The translations under genes were made by a program, and so were the position numbers. Below, piece by piece: positions 1 to 9,208 of a DNA stretch of 56,882 nucleotides (position 1 is the first letter of the stretch; the number at the start of each line of letters is the position of its first letter). The notes below the pieces were generated by a model. It saw only the letters and a list, made by a program, of their open reading frames with translations, had not been told where the DNA came from and searched no databases. The stretch comes from Methanobacteriota archaeon (GTDB lineage Archaea > Thermoplasmatota > Thermoplasmata > RBG-16-68-12), in the NCBI GenBank assembly GCA_005878915.1, contig VBML01000026.1:1-56882 (forward strand), in the 5' to 3' direction.

Positions 1-1
1 G

Positions 2-1732
2 TTCCTCGGCCCTCGTGGCGTTCTCGTGCGGCACAATGCGATCCTCACCAACGCCGCTCAGGCGTTCGACGATCAAGGACTCTCAAACGCATGGGACGAC
101 GGGTACCCGAGCGGAGGCAACTTCTGGTCTGACTACACAGGGGTGGACAACTGCAGCGGGCCGAACCAGAACGTTTGCCCCGACCCGGACGGGATTGGCG
201 ACACCCCCTATGCAATCGATACCGACAGCGTTGACCGGTATCCGCTCATGAGCTCCCGGCCGGTCCGGGCCCCAGTCGTCACCGTCGTCTCGCCAAATGG
301 CGGCGAGGACTGGACCGGAGGGCGCGTCCATCAGGTCGTGTGGACAGGGAGCGACGAGACGGACAGCGCGCTCACGGTCGTGATCGAGTTATCAGTTGAC
401 GGATTCACGTTCCCCTATCTGCTATTCTCGGGGTCCGGCACGACTGGAACGATTTCCTTTTCGGGCGCATTTCCGACCGTGGATACGGCAACCGCGCGGG
501 TCCGAATCTGCGCCTTCGACTCCGACGGGCTCAGCGGTTGCGATAGCACTGACAGTGCCTTCACGCTCGACTCCATCGGCCCCGCGCTTCTCGTTGCGCA
601 ACCTACAGACGGCACTGGCGACGTCAACCCCGGAGCTTCCATCATTCTCAATTTCAGCGAGCCCATGAACGCAACGGCAACGGAAGGCGCGATCTCAATC
701 TCACCGACGACCCTCGGAGTGATGGTTTTTTCCTGGGATGTAGAGCGACGGATCATGACGGTCGAGTTTGCCACGCTACTAGAGCAGAACACGGACTATG
801 TCGTAACGATTAGCTGCGGCGCTCGTGACGATTCAGCCCCAGGGAATTCCCTCACGGGATGCCTGGGTGCAACACGAATTCGGTTCCGCACAGCAATCCT
901 GGCGGCTCCGCCGGTGGCCAGAGCGCGGATCTTCCCGAGCCCCCACCTGGGGCTACCAGTGACGCTCGACGGCAGCGGCTCGACGGGGGAGATTACGACG
1001 TGGACCTGGACGATCAGGGACGAGGCGGGGGCGGTCGTAGCCACGTTCACCGGGGCCGTCGTCCCCTATACGTTCCAAAGCACCGGGACGTACGGTGTCA
1101 CCCTCCGGGTCGAGGACTTGTACGGGCGAACGGCCGAATACTCATTCAACGTTGCCATCCAGGCACTCGGGAGGGACGACGCCAGTGCTTGGGTCCTCGC
1201 AGCGATTACCGCGATCGTCATCGCGGGCGTCCTCGTTTTCTCGTCGGAGCCCGGGCGGGTTGCCCTCATGACGACTACGGTGGGCCGCATCTATGGCGGG
1301 AAGCCGAAGGACGAGAAGGACTCCGAGTTCCGCGGCGCAATCCTGTATTATCTGCGAGTCCACCCTGGGGACAGATACACGGACGTCAAGCGAAACCTGG
1401 GACTCAACGACGGCGTCGTCACGTATCATCTCGCGCGGTTGGAGAAGGACGGAATGATCCGCTCCGAGATTCGCGGGGCGAGGAAGCGATACTACCCCTC
1501 GGAGATCCGTGTGCCCATGGAAAACGGCGGGGAACTCCATGACATTCAGCAACGGCTTCTCCGGGCAGTCACGGCGTCGCCCGGGATGCCCGTTTCCATT
1601 CTCGCTGAGCAGCTTGGGGTGTCGACCCAGCTCGCCCTGTATCATCTGCGGCAGCTTTCACAGACGGCGCGTGTGGAGCTGCAACGCCCCGGCCTCCGGC
1701 TGCGGGCGTACCCGGGTCGAGAAGGGAAGTAA
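2..1732 (+). CDS. Membrane-tethered double winged-helix protein with beta-helix / Ig-like / PKD ectodomain (5' partial)
   Basis: The frame of ORF 26..1732 stays open back to base 2, so the N-terminus lies outside the window. NAILTNAAQAFDD...DGIGDTPYAID resembles the end of a NosD-type parallel beta-helix. Ig/SbsA-like and PKD-like segments follow (VTLDGSGSTGEITTWTW...YTFQSTGTYGVTLRVED). Then comes one TM helix (WVLAAITAIVIAGVLVF) and two cytoplasmic wHTH units (DVKRNLGLNDGVVTYHLARLEKDGMI; ILAEQLGVSTQLALYHLRQL). Confidence 0.75.
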   Translation, partial: FLGPRGVLVRHNAILTNAAQAFDDQGLSNAWDDGYPSGGNFWSDYTGVDNCSGPNQNVCPDPDGIGDTPYAIDTDSVDRYPLMSSRPVRAPVVTVVSPNGGEDWTGGRVHQVVWTGSDETDSALTVVIELSVDGFTFPYLLFSGSGTTGTISFSGAFPTVDTATARVRICAFDSDGLSGCDSTDSAFTLDSIGPALLVAQPTDGTGDVNPGASIILNFSEPMNATATEGAISISPTTLGVMVFSWDVERRIMTVEFATLLEQNTDYVVTISCGARDDSAPGNSLTGCLGATRIRFRTAILAAPPVARARIFPSPHLGLPVTLDGSGSTGEITTWTWTIRDEAGAVVATFTGAVVPYTFQSTGTYGVTLRVEDLYGRTAEYSFNVAIQALGRDDASAWVLAAITAIVIAGVLVFSSEPGRVALMTTTVGRIYGGKPKDEKDSEFRGAILYYLRVHPGDRYTDVKRNLGLNDGVVTYHLARLEKDGMIRSEIRGARKRYYPSEIRVPMENGGELHDIQQRLLRAVTASPGMPVSILAEQLGVSTQLALYHLRQLSQTARVELQRPGLRLRAYPGREGK

Positions 1733-1944
1733 GCGAGAGGGTTTCCACCGGCGAACGAGATCGCAAGCATCGGGAACGTGCGGGGCCCCCTCAATGACCG
1801 CACCGGGGGAACCCCCACTTCGCGCGACCTAGGATTTCCTCTTTCGAGTGCGACTTGATGACCATCCCCTCGACAGCGCACTCCGCCTCCATTCATCATC
1901 GCTCGATGCCACCCACACAGACGCTCCCGAACCCGAAACCCGTC

Positions 1945-2298
1945 TCACTCGTTTCGGTGGTCGTGCAGGCCCACGATGTTCCCCCAGGGGTCGACGACGG
2001 CCCCCGCGCTCGCCCCGTCGCGTACCACCCGGTACCCCATGCCCTCGAGGGTCTTCGCCGCCTCCTCGAAGTTACGGACGTGAAAGCTGAGCGGCGTATG
2101 GTCCCCGGGGAGCGCGAGCGGGACGGGGTTGCTCACCTTGTACAGGGTGATCGAGCCGCCTTCGGCCTGCGCGACGGTCCACACCGGATTCACGCTCCCC
2201 GACAGGGTGAGTCCGAGGACGTCACGGTACAGATGGACGGCCGCGTCCATGTCCCCGACCTGGAGGACGAGGTGGCCGATGTCTTGCACGAGCGCCAT
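1945..2298 (-). CDS. Glyoxalase/bleomycin-resistance (VOC) family protein
   Basis: This is the C-terminal 117 aa of ORF 1945..2823, starting at ATG 2298: MALVQDIGHLVLQVGDMDAAVHLYRDVLGL...DPWGNIVGLHD, a typical VOC fold pattern. The upstream part of the ORF is Arg/Gly/Pro-rich and looks like non-coding shadow. Confidence 0.8.
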   Translation of the reverse strand: MALVQDIGHLVLQVGDMDAAVHLYRDVLGLTLSGSVNPVWTVAQAEGGSITLYKVSNPVPLALPGDHTPLSFHVRNFEEAAKTLEGMGYRVVRDGASAGAVVDPWGNIVGLHDHRNE

Positions 2299-2336
2299 GG
2301 TCCCCTCATATCGATGGACGTGAAAGTCCTTGCCGC

Positions 2337-2897
2337 CTACGTGTGGCCACGGCGCGGGAACACCCGCCGCGAGTGACCGAGAATCTCCTCCTTCGAGCCG
2401 GAGCGGATGACGGTCGCCTCGACGGCACACTCGGACTCCACATAGCCGCCCTTGCGGAGCCCTTCCGCCTCCACGGAGCGGCGGAACGTTTCGGGCTCGG
2501 TGCCCTTGACGCCCGCGAGGAACGTGCCGAAGTCGACCTCGACAGTGGAGTCGCCGACCTTCGAGAGGCGTCCCTCGTACCGGTGGCCGTCGCTGATCCC
2601 CCGCCGGTCGAGCTCCCCCGTCGGCACGTGCGCGAGGCGGCCGCGGATCGTGACGTCCGCCTCGACCCAGTCGCCCGGCCGGAGCCGGACGTACTGGCCG
2701 TCGGCACTGTACGCGACGACGTCGAAATACGTATTCCGGTCCTCCTTCGAGTACGCCCAACCGCCGCGGTTCATCTGGCGGGACACCCGGACGCCGACGT
2801 GGCCCTCCTCCTCGCAGTCGCACATCACGCTCTCGACGACCTTCCCCTTCACGCGGAACGTCGTCTCGAAGGAAAGTTTCGCCTCTGCCTTCGCCAC
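2337..2897 (-). CDS. Hypothetical protein (186 aa), no family recognised
   Basis: ORF with balanced, non-Arg-biased composition (MAKAEAKLSFETTFRVKGKVVESV...). The competing + strand ORFs here are Arg/Pro-rich shadows. Confidence 0.5.
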   Translation of the reverse strand: MAKAEAKLSFETTFRVKGKVVESVMCDCEEEGHVGVRVSRQMNRGGWAYSKEDRNTYFDVVAYSADGQYVRLRPGDWVEADVTIRGRLAHVPTGELDRRGISDGHRYEGRLSKVGDSTVEVDFGTFLAGVKGTEPETFRRSVEAEGLRKGGYVESECAVEATVIRSGSKEEILGHSRRVFPRRGHT

Positions 2898-2936
2898 GCG
2901 GCGAGGAACGCGGCTTGTGCTAAAAGGGTTCGGCGG

Positions 2937-3395
2937 TCAATCTTCGGGCGGTGGGCGGGACAGTCCGAACCTCCCAAGTTCGTCGCTAGTCGGCGGCAAG
3001 ACAGGTCGATTACGCCTCTTTGTCTCCTGAATGAGCAGTTTTCGAATCTCCTTGCCCGGGTTATCGAGACGAATCTTCTGATTGCCGATTTCGACAGACA
3101 ACGTTCGGTCCACATGCGCGCGAAGGGCATCAATCTGCGACCACTGTAAGAGTTCCCGGCGATGGATGTACCCAATCCACAGGCCTTCCTTAGATAGCGC
3201 GAAACGGAAGGGGATCCAGAAAAAGGGGATGTAGACAACTACCCCCGCCGCCAGAAAGAACGCAACGAGCGCAGGGTACCACTGCAGCAACAGCCCCTCT
3301 GAGGCGAGGAACCAAACCATGAAAGCGGACAGCAGGGCCAGCGCGAAGAGCCCGGAAGGGATGGAGGGGGCCCATTGCCACGTCAACCGCTCCAT
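2937..3395 (-). CDS. Small membrane protein (2-3 TM helices, soluble C-terminal domain)
   Basis: Hydrophobic N-terminal half (LFALALLSAFMVWFL, ALVAFFLAAGVVVYIPFFWIPF) and a charged C-terminal half. GC is lower than in neighbouring genes. A TATA-like TCTCTTTAAGAC lies about 28 nt upstream of ATG 3395. Confidence 0.6.
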   Translation of the reverse strand: MERLTWQWAPSIPSGLFALALLSAFMVWFLASEGLLLQWYPALVAFFLAAGVVVYIPFFWIPFRFALSKEGLWIGYIHRRELLQWSQIDALRAHVDRTLSVEIGNQKIRLDNPGKEIRKLLIQETKRRNRPVLPPTSDELGRFGLSRPPPED

Positions 3396-3501
3396 CGCTT
3401 GGGAATGGTTCGGAAGTTCTCTTTAAGACTGTCGGGCGTCGGTTCAGCTTGAACAAGGCCATTGCTTATGAGTCCTCCCGCGCATAGGGAACCCGAGGCA
3501 C

Positions 3502-4758
3502 ATGCCCGGCCTCACGATCTCTGAGAAGATTCTCGCCAAGGCCAGCGGCAAGGAGCGGGTCTCGCCCGGCGACATCGTCGACGGGTCCGTGGACCTGCTC
3601 TACATGCACGAGATGCTCGCGATGGCCCTGATGCCGTTCAACGAGATCGGCACGATGAAGGTCTGGGACCCCGACAAGATCGTCGTCACGCTGGACCACT
3701 GGGTTCCCCCGCCGACGCCGGAGATCGCGAAGATGCACCAGACGATCCGCGAGTTCTGCAAGAAGCAGGGCATCAAGCGGTTCCACGACGTCGGGGACCA
3801 CGGGATCATCCACCAGCTCATCGCGGAGCGCGGGTACGCACACCCCTGGGAGCTCGTGATCGGGAGCGACAGCCACACGAACATGGTCGGGGCCGTCGGC
3901 GCGTTCGCAGCGGGGATCGGCGCCACGGACACCGCGGCGGTGATGGCGACGGGCCGCCTCTGGCTCCGCGTCCCGGAGACGATGCGGGTCGACATCCATG
4001 GGAAGCTCGGGAAGTGCACGGGAGCGAAGGACGTGATTCTCAAGGTGATCGGGACCACGGGCGATGACGGCGCCCGCTATGCGGCGGTGGAGTTCTCAGG
4101 GCCGACGGTCCGGGGGTTCCCGATGGACGAGCGGTTCGTCCTCTGCAACATGACGACGGAGATGGGCGCGAAGGTCGGCATGGTCGCCGCGGACGCCACA
4201 ACGAAGGAGTACCTCGCGCACTCCGGACATCCGTTCAAGGCGATTGACTCAGACGATGATGCGACGTTCGCGAAGACGCACACGTTCGAGATCGATGGCA
4301 TGGGCCCGCAGGTCGCGTGCCCGTCGAACCCCGCGAACCTGAAGCCCGTGGAGGATGTCGCGGGGACGAAGATCGACGTCGCGTTCCTCGGGTCGTGCAC
4401 GAACGCCCGCATCGAGGATCTCCGCATCGCGGCGAAACTCCTAAGGGGGGAGAAGGTCGCGCCCGGGGTGCGGTTCCAGATCACGCCCGCCTCGCAGATC
4501 ATCTACCGCCAAGCCCTGAAGGAGGGGCTCGTGGAGATCTTCATGGACGCGGGCGCGACGTTCACGTCCTCGACGTGCGGGCCGTGCTTCGGCGGGCACA
4601 TGGGGACGTTGGCGGGGGACGAGGTCTGCATCTCATCGACGAACCGCAACTATCCGGGCCGCATGGGCTCGCCCACCGCACAGGTGTACCTCGCGTCCCC
4701 CTGGACCGTGACTGCTTCCGCGATTCACGGAGAGATCACAGATCCGAGGAAGGTCTAA
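3502..4758 (+). CDS. leuC: 3-isopropylmalate / homoaconitate dehydratase large subunit (aconitase family)
   Basis: 418 aa with aconitase-family pattern (DSHT, GSCTNARIEDL, STCGPCFGGHMG, SSTNRNYPGRMG). leuC cannot be separated from hacA by eye. Confidence 0.9.
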   Translation: MPGLTISEKILAKASGKERVSPGDIVDGSVDLLYMHEMLAMALMPFNEIGTMKVWDPDKIVVTLDHWVPPPTPEIAKMHQTIREFCKKQGIKRFHDVGDHGIIHQLIAERGYAHPWELVIGSDSHTNMVGAVGAFAAGIGATDTAAVMATGRLWLRVPETMRVDIHGKLGKCTGAKDVILKVIGTTGDDGARYAAVEFSGPTVRGFPMDERFVLCNMTTEMGAKVGMVAADATTKEYLAHSGHPFKAIDSDDDATFAKTHTFEIDGMGPQVACPSNPANLKPVEDVAGTKIDVAFLGSCTNARIEDLRIAAKLLRGEKVAPGVRFQITPASQIIYRQALKEGLVEIFMDAGATFTSSTCGPCFGGHMGTLAGDEVCISSTNRNYPGRMGSPTAQVYLASPWTVTASAIHGEITDPRKV

Positions 4759-5150
4759 GGGGACACCAGCGCCAGGGTGGCGTCCTCAGAGCGCAACGAG
4801 TTCGTTGTCGGGTCCACGACAAGGCCAAGGGTTTCCAGGGCAGTGACCCCCAGGACGTGCAGATCGCCAGGGGCGGCGAAGACAATCCGGGTCACGCCCT
4901 GAAGTCCTTCCACTTCGATGGGGACATCACAGACCGGCCGCTCGATCCGGCGGCCTTCGATCGTCCGAATCCGCCACATCCTGAGGGGTCGATGTCCCAG
5001 CCCGATTGCGATTTCCTCGGGGACCCACGTGAACACGGACCCGGTGTCCACGACCAGGTCGAGAGTCTCCCGCCGTGCCAGGTCGGAGGAGAACACCGTG
5101 ACCCTTGCGCGGGTAATTCCCATGCGTCGCGGGAGCATCGTGGGCTCCAT
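4755..5150 (-). CDS. Retropepsin-like (clan AA) aspartic protease
   Basis: 131 aa with the catalytic-type motif LVVDTGS and a later LGVTALETLGLVVDP segment, typical of single-domain retropepsin-like proteases. Its stop overlaps the leuC stop (CTAA). Confidence 0.7.
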   Translation of the reverse strand: MEPTMLPRRMGITRARVTVFSSDLARRETLDLVVDTGSVFTWVPEEIAIGLGHRPLRMWRIRTIEGRRIERPVCDVPIEVEGLQGVTRIVFAAPGDLHVLGVTALETLGLVVDPTTNSLRSEDATLALVSP

Positions 5151-5232
5151 CCGCTTTCGGCGTACATGTAGATTACGTTGTCCGGCACGATTCGGGGAAG
5201 TCTTATCGCTCGCTTCGGCTTGCCGCTATACG

Positions 5233-5742
5233 ATGCAGACCCGCTTCAAGGGCCGCGTGTGGACGTTCGGGGACGACATTTCCACCGACCACATCATCGC
5301 GGGGAAGTACCTCGGGACCACGGACTCCAAGGTGTTCGCGGAGCACGCGTTCGAGGCCGTGGACCCGACGTGGGCAAAGAAGGTCCAGCCAGGGGACCTC
5401 ATCGTTGCAGGTGACAATTTCGGATGCGGCTCAAGTCGAGAGCAGGCCCCCGTGGCCCTCAAGACCCTCGGGATCTCCGCGATCCTTGCCAACTCATTCG
5501 CCCGCATCTTCTTCCGGAATGCGATCAACCTCGGATTCCCCGTCGTGGAGTGCCCGGGGCTGAAGACTGGGGTGAAATCGGGGGACATCGTTGAGCTCGA
5601 CATGGCCCGCGGGGAGGTTCATCTCCCGGGCGGCCCGGTGATGCGCTTCAAGCCCCTTCCCCCAAACGTTCTCGAGATCCTCGAAGCAGGCGGGCTCGTG
5701 CCGAAGCTCAGGAAGGAGCTCGCAACAAAGAGCGCCGGTTGA
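5233..5742 (+). CDS. leuD: 3-isopropylmalate / homoaconitate dehydratase small subunit
   Basis: Internal ATG 5233 of ORF 4918..5742 gives MQTRFKGRVWTFGDDISTDHIIAGKYL...GDNFGCGSSREQAP, the LeuD swivel-domain pattern. The upstream extension overlaps the protease gene and is Arg-rich. Confidence 0.9.
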   Translation: MQTRFKGRVWTFGDDISTDHIIAGKYLGTTDSKVFAEHAFEAVDPTWAKKVQPGDLIVAGDNFGCGSSREQAPVALKTLGISAILANSFARIFFRNAINLGFPVVECPGLKTGVKSGDIVELDMARGEVHLPGGPVMRFKPLPPNVLEILEAGGLVPKLRKELATKSAG

Positions 5743-6050
5743 TGCCCATGGGTTTGGGGAGATCTGTTGCATCAGGAATCGCGGGGGCTGCCGTCGGCTG
5801 GAGCACATCGGCCCTTAGCGCGGGAGGGGACTCCGGAGCGCACGTCGTCTTCGTCGTTGGCGTCGCGGCGTTCGCCGTCATCCTCCTCACGAACGTGATT
5901 GTGGGCCGAGACGGGCCACCGCGCCTGCCCCCTCCGAGGTGGCCGCGCGGGCTTCGACCGGTGCCCGTGGACTTCTCTCTCGAACCGCTTCGTCGTCCGC
6001 GCGGGGCTTGGGTTCCTCCCGTCCTGAGGTACCCGAGTCTCGAGCCGTGA
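5739..6050 (+). CDS. Small predicted single-pass membrane protein (weak call)
   Basis: The start overlaps the leuD stop (TGATG coupling motif at 5740-5744). One TM helix (VVFVVGVAAFAVILLTNVIV). The Pro/Arg-rich tail makes this uncertain. Confidence 0.3.
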   Translation: MMPMGLGRSVASGIAGAAVGWSTSALSAGGDSGAHVVFVVGVAAFAVILLTNVIVGRDGPPRLPPPRWPRGLRPVPVDFSLEPLRRPRGAWVPPVLRYPSLEP

Positions 6051-6063
6051 CCCACACTCTCTC

Positions 6064-6079
6064 GGAGAAACTTAAGCCG
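6064..6079 (+). repeat. Second copy of the leuB promoter-like motif (GGAGAAACTTAAGCCG)
   Basis: It matches 9209-9225 (GGAGAAACCTTAAGCCG) apart from one extra C. The similarity continues in GCAATCGCC / GCATCGCC. The two copies bracket the 979-aa surface-protein gene. Confidence 0.6.
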
Positions 6080-6156
6080 CAATCGCCGGTCGAACGGGAT
6101 CCAGATTCTCGAGGCGGGAACTCGCACGCCGCGCACCCTGACCCCTCCGAGGCTAC

Positions 6157-9096
6157 CTACGAAGCACGATCCCCCTGACCGGTGGCCGGCGGGGGTTTCC
6201 CGTTTGAGCGCTTCCGCCTCCGCAGGGTAACTAGGACGAGGATGCCTGCAATGACGGCGATCGCGATCAGGGCGAACGTGGGCAGGCCCGAGAACGGGCC
6301 CGTCAGGCTGAAGACATTTGTGTCGACGACGATCCGGACCTCCGTAGTCGCGGTGTTGCCCGCCGCATCTGTTGCACGCAGGCTCGCCACGTGCATACCG
6401 TCGGACAGGGTCAGGGCGAGCTCGGTGCCCATCCCGACGGGTTCGTACGGGCTGCCGTCCAAGCTGAGGTCGTAGGCGGCAATCCCCGCGGTCGCGTCCG
6501 TGGCATTCCACTTCACGGCCACAGAAGATGTCGTCACAATCCCTGTCGGGGAGAGACTTAGGATCCTCGGGGCAACCGAGTCCACGTTCAAGGGGACGGT
6601 GACCGGAGGCGCCAGGTTCCCCGCGACATCCCGCGACCGGTATTCCAAGGTGTGACGCCCGTCCGTCACGACAATCGGTGAGCCGTAGGCCTGCCATCCT
6701 CCTGCGTCAAGTTCGTACTCGACTGAGGCGACCCCGCTCCCCGCGTCAGAGGTCAGAAGGGCCAGCGTGACCGCCGACCGGAACCATCCCGGCGAACCAG
6801 CGGTCCCGGACGCGGTGTGCTCCATCGTCGGCGCAGTCCGATCGATTCTTAGCGTGGCTGAACCGAAGGGTTCCTCGTTGCCCGCAATGTCCGTCGCGCG
6901 GAAGTCGATGTCCCGAACTCCATCCGCATCGAACACAACGGACGACCCGTAAGCCTGCCACGGTCCGTCGTTGACTCGGTATTCGATGAGGGACACCCCG
7001 CTCGTCGCGTCCGAGGCGGATAGGACCAGCGAAACGGTGGTCACATACCACCCGCCGAGGCCCAACGTCCCCTGAAGGACTCCACCGGTAACGGGGGCCG
7101 CGGAGTCGATTCCAATCACAAGCGTACGCGTGGACTCGATGTTCCCTGCGAGGTCTGCGGAATAGTACTCCAAGCGGTGCGAACCGTCCCCCGCCAGCGA
7201 GAGCGGGGATCCGTACGTCTGCCACGAGCCGCCGTCGAGTCGGTAGGATGTGGAGGCGACGCCGCTCCCGGAATCCGAGGCGGTGAGTTCGACGGACACC
7301 GGACCCACGAACCAACCCGCGCGCCCCTGCGCACCATTCGAAGTGGCGACGGTAGTTGGCGGTATGCCGTCGCCACCTGGTGGGCTCTTGTACGCGTAGA
7401 TGAGCCGGGCTGCCCCCCCACAATATGCCACGCCGGGTTGCCCGGTGGCGTTCAGTCCGAGGGAGATGCCGGAGTAGCCGAACTCATGGGCTACGAGTTC
7501 GAACTCCCACGAGGACGACTTCGTTGCGTACCAGAGATCGCGATCCGGGAACCGTTCTCCGGGCGAACCGTACGCGATGTGGGGAGAGCCGTTGCCGTCA
7601 ACTGCGAGGGAGACCTGTATCACGGGCCGTGTGTCGACGGTCTCGTGATCCCATGAGGACCCGTTCGCCGTCGCAAGCCGTACCCCATCGGGGTGGACAT
7701 ATGCGATGGAGGCGATTCCGTTCGCGTCGAGAGCCAGAGAGATCTGGTCTTCCGTAAGATACGAGACCGTGTCTACCACTTGGATTTGCCACGATGCGCC
7801 ATCCCAAGCAGCGTACTTCAGTTGCCGCCGGTCGAAGTTAAAATACGCAATTCTGGGCCTCCCCTGGGAGTCGAAGGCGAGGGATGGGGCCATGCCTGTG
7901 TCCCCGGTCGCGTCCACAATCTCCCGGGACCACGCTCCTGCGGTGCGCCGTGCGAATTTCAGGTCCCGACCGAAGCTCTCGTAGTACGCAATAGCGGGTT
8001 CATCCCGCACCGGGTCGACCGCGAGAGAGGTGTATGTGGTGAACGAGGTGGACTCGACCGTCTCGCGGGTCCATGCGGTCCCGTCGAACGTCGCGTAACG
8101 GACAATGCTGTCCCCGCCAGGTTCCCAGTTATAGCTGATGTGGGGATTGCCCGCCGCGTCCAATCCGATCGCGCAGTTCAGCCCGCCACCTTCCACGACG
8201 GCGGTCTGCCACGGACCGACCCGCCTCCCGTAGGCGAGTTGACTGCCGTCGTAGTAACACAGCCGAGGGCTGCCGGACACGTCGTACGTCAAAGCCGGGT
8301 AGTATCCTTGCCCCAGGTCCTCGAGGGTCCAAACGCGGAACCCGACGGTCAGGACCCGCTCCTCGCTCGCGTACACGGTGCCCGAAGAATCGTTCGCCCA
8401 GACTCGATATCGATAAACGCCGTTTGCGAGGCCGCTCTTGTTCACGTACCAGTTCGTCCCGCTCCCAATCATCGTCTCGTTGATCCCGCCCCACTCGAGC
8501 GACGCCGTGCCTGGCGAGGACAGGGTCACGTTGATGAACGTGTAGTCCCGCTCGATCAGGTACGTGCCGTCCGAATCCGTCGGGGGGACGAACGCCACGA
8601 AAACGGGAACGCCCCAGATTTCCCACGTAACATCCGAGAGCAACCGTGTCCCGGTCCCCTCGGGCCTGATCGAGAGGCTGTGCACGACGAGGTGGACATA
8701 ACGCACTTCAAACCCGACCAAATCCGGGTTCCCGAGCCAATAGTCCTCGAAGCCACCAATGCCGCTTCCCCCGTCGAGCAAAGAGTCGAGCTCAATCATG
8801 TCGTTGAGTCCGTTCGTGAGAAGCCTGGAAATCCGAGGGAAATCGGCATCGTCTGCGGCGGTGAAGTTGAACGTCCCCGTCCCTCCGTCGGCGAGGCGTA
8901 GTCCGTCCCCAAGATCGTAGTGGTTCCCATCCGGGTCCATCGTGAAGACGAACGCCACGGTGGTGTAGGTGCCAAAGCTCCACATGTCCGTTGTTGTGTT
9001 CAGCGTGGCCAAGGGAGCGTCAAGCGGCACATACGGGGGGTCGCGGCCCGCCCGCGCATCGTCCGTAATGGTGACGGATGTGAACCCTAGGATCAC
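6157..9096 (-). CDS. Large anchored cell-surface protein (propeller-like repeats, 3-4 tandem Ig-like modules, C-terminal TM anchor)
   Basis: 979 aa. The central part has repeated ...G.PHIAY...L.YA...G..W..E.V units that look like a beta-propeller. The C-terminal part has ~88-aa repeats (GW..x..V.L.ASD..SGV....YR.DGG.WQ.YG......H.LEY.S.D.AGN.E). It ends with a TM helix (FALIAIAVIAGILVLV) followed by RRRKR. The N-terminal boundary is problematic (see findings). Confidence 0.85.
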   Translation of the reverse strand: MILGFTSVTITDDARAGRDPPYVPLDAPLATLNTTTDMWSFGTYTTVAFVFTMDPDGNHYDLGDGLRLADGGTGTFNFTAADDADFPRISRLLTNGLNDMIELDSLLDGGSGIGGFEDYWLGNPDLVGFEVRYVHLVVHSLSIRPEGTGTRLLSDVTWEIWGVPVFVAFVPPTDSDGTYLIERDYTFINVTLSSPGTASLEWGGINETMIGSGTNWYVNKSGLANGVYRYRVWANDSSGTVYASEERVLTVGFRVWTLEDLGQGYYPALTYDVSGSPRLCYYDGSQLAYGRRVGPWQTAVVEGGGLNCAIGLDAAGNPHISYNWEPGGDSIVRYATFDGTAWTRETVESTSFTTYTSLAVDPVRDEPAIAYYESFGRDLKFARRTAGAWSREIVDATGDTGMAPSLAFDSQGRPRIAYFNFDRRQLKYAAWDGASWQIQVVDTVSYLTEDQISLALDANGIASIAYVHPDGVRLATANGSSWDHETVDTRPVIQVSLAVDGNGSPHIAYGSPGERFPDRDLWYATKSSSWEFELVAHEFGYSGISLGLNATGQPGVAYCGGAARLIYAYKSPPGGDGIPPTTVATSNGAQGRAGWFVGPVSVELTASDSGSGVASTSYRLDGGSWQTYGSPLSLAGDGSHRLEYYSADLAGNIESTRTLVIGIDSAAPVTGGVLQGTLGLGGWYVTTVSLVLSASDATSGVSLIEYRVNDGPWQAYGSSVVFDADGVRDIDFRATDIAGNEEPFGSATLRIDRTAPTMEHTASGTAGSPGWFRSAVTLALLTSDAGSGVASVEYELDAGGWQAYGSPIVVTDGRHTLEYRSRDVAGNLAPPVTVPLNVDSVAPRILSLSPTGIVTTSSVAVKWNATDATAGIAAYDLSLDGSPYEPVGMGTELALTLSDGMHVASLRATDAAGNTATTEVRIVVDTNVFSLTGPFSGLPTFALIAIAVIAGILVLVTLRRRKRSNGKPPPATGQGDRAS

Positions 9097-9208
9097 CGCG
9101 ATTGCAAGGATGAGAAACCCCCTGTACGCTCGAACCCCCCCAGAGCTCGACGAGCGGGAACGCGTATGCGCCCTTATAGGTCTTATGTTTCATCGCGTCC
9201 CCGCGACC

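Noticed and set aside
4755-4758. Convergent genes whose stop codons overlap in a 4-nt palindrome-like sequence: CTAA at leuC/protease, CTAG at 47815-47818, and a 7-nt overlap at 41915-41921.
   Set aside because: This is a real observation, but such overlaps are common in compact prokaryotic genomes. It implies only tight packing, not a specific mechanism.
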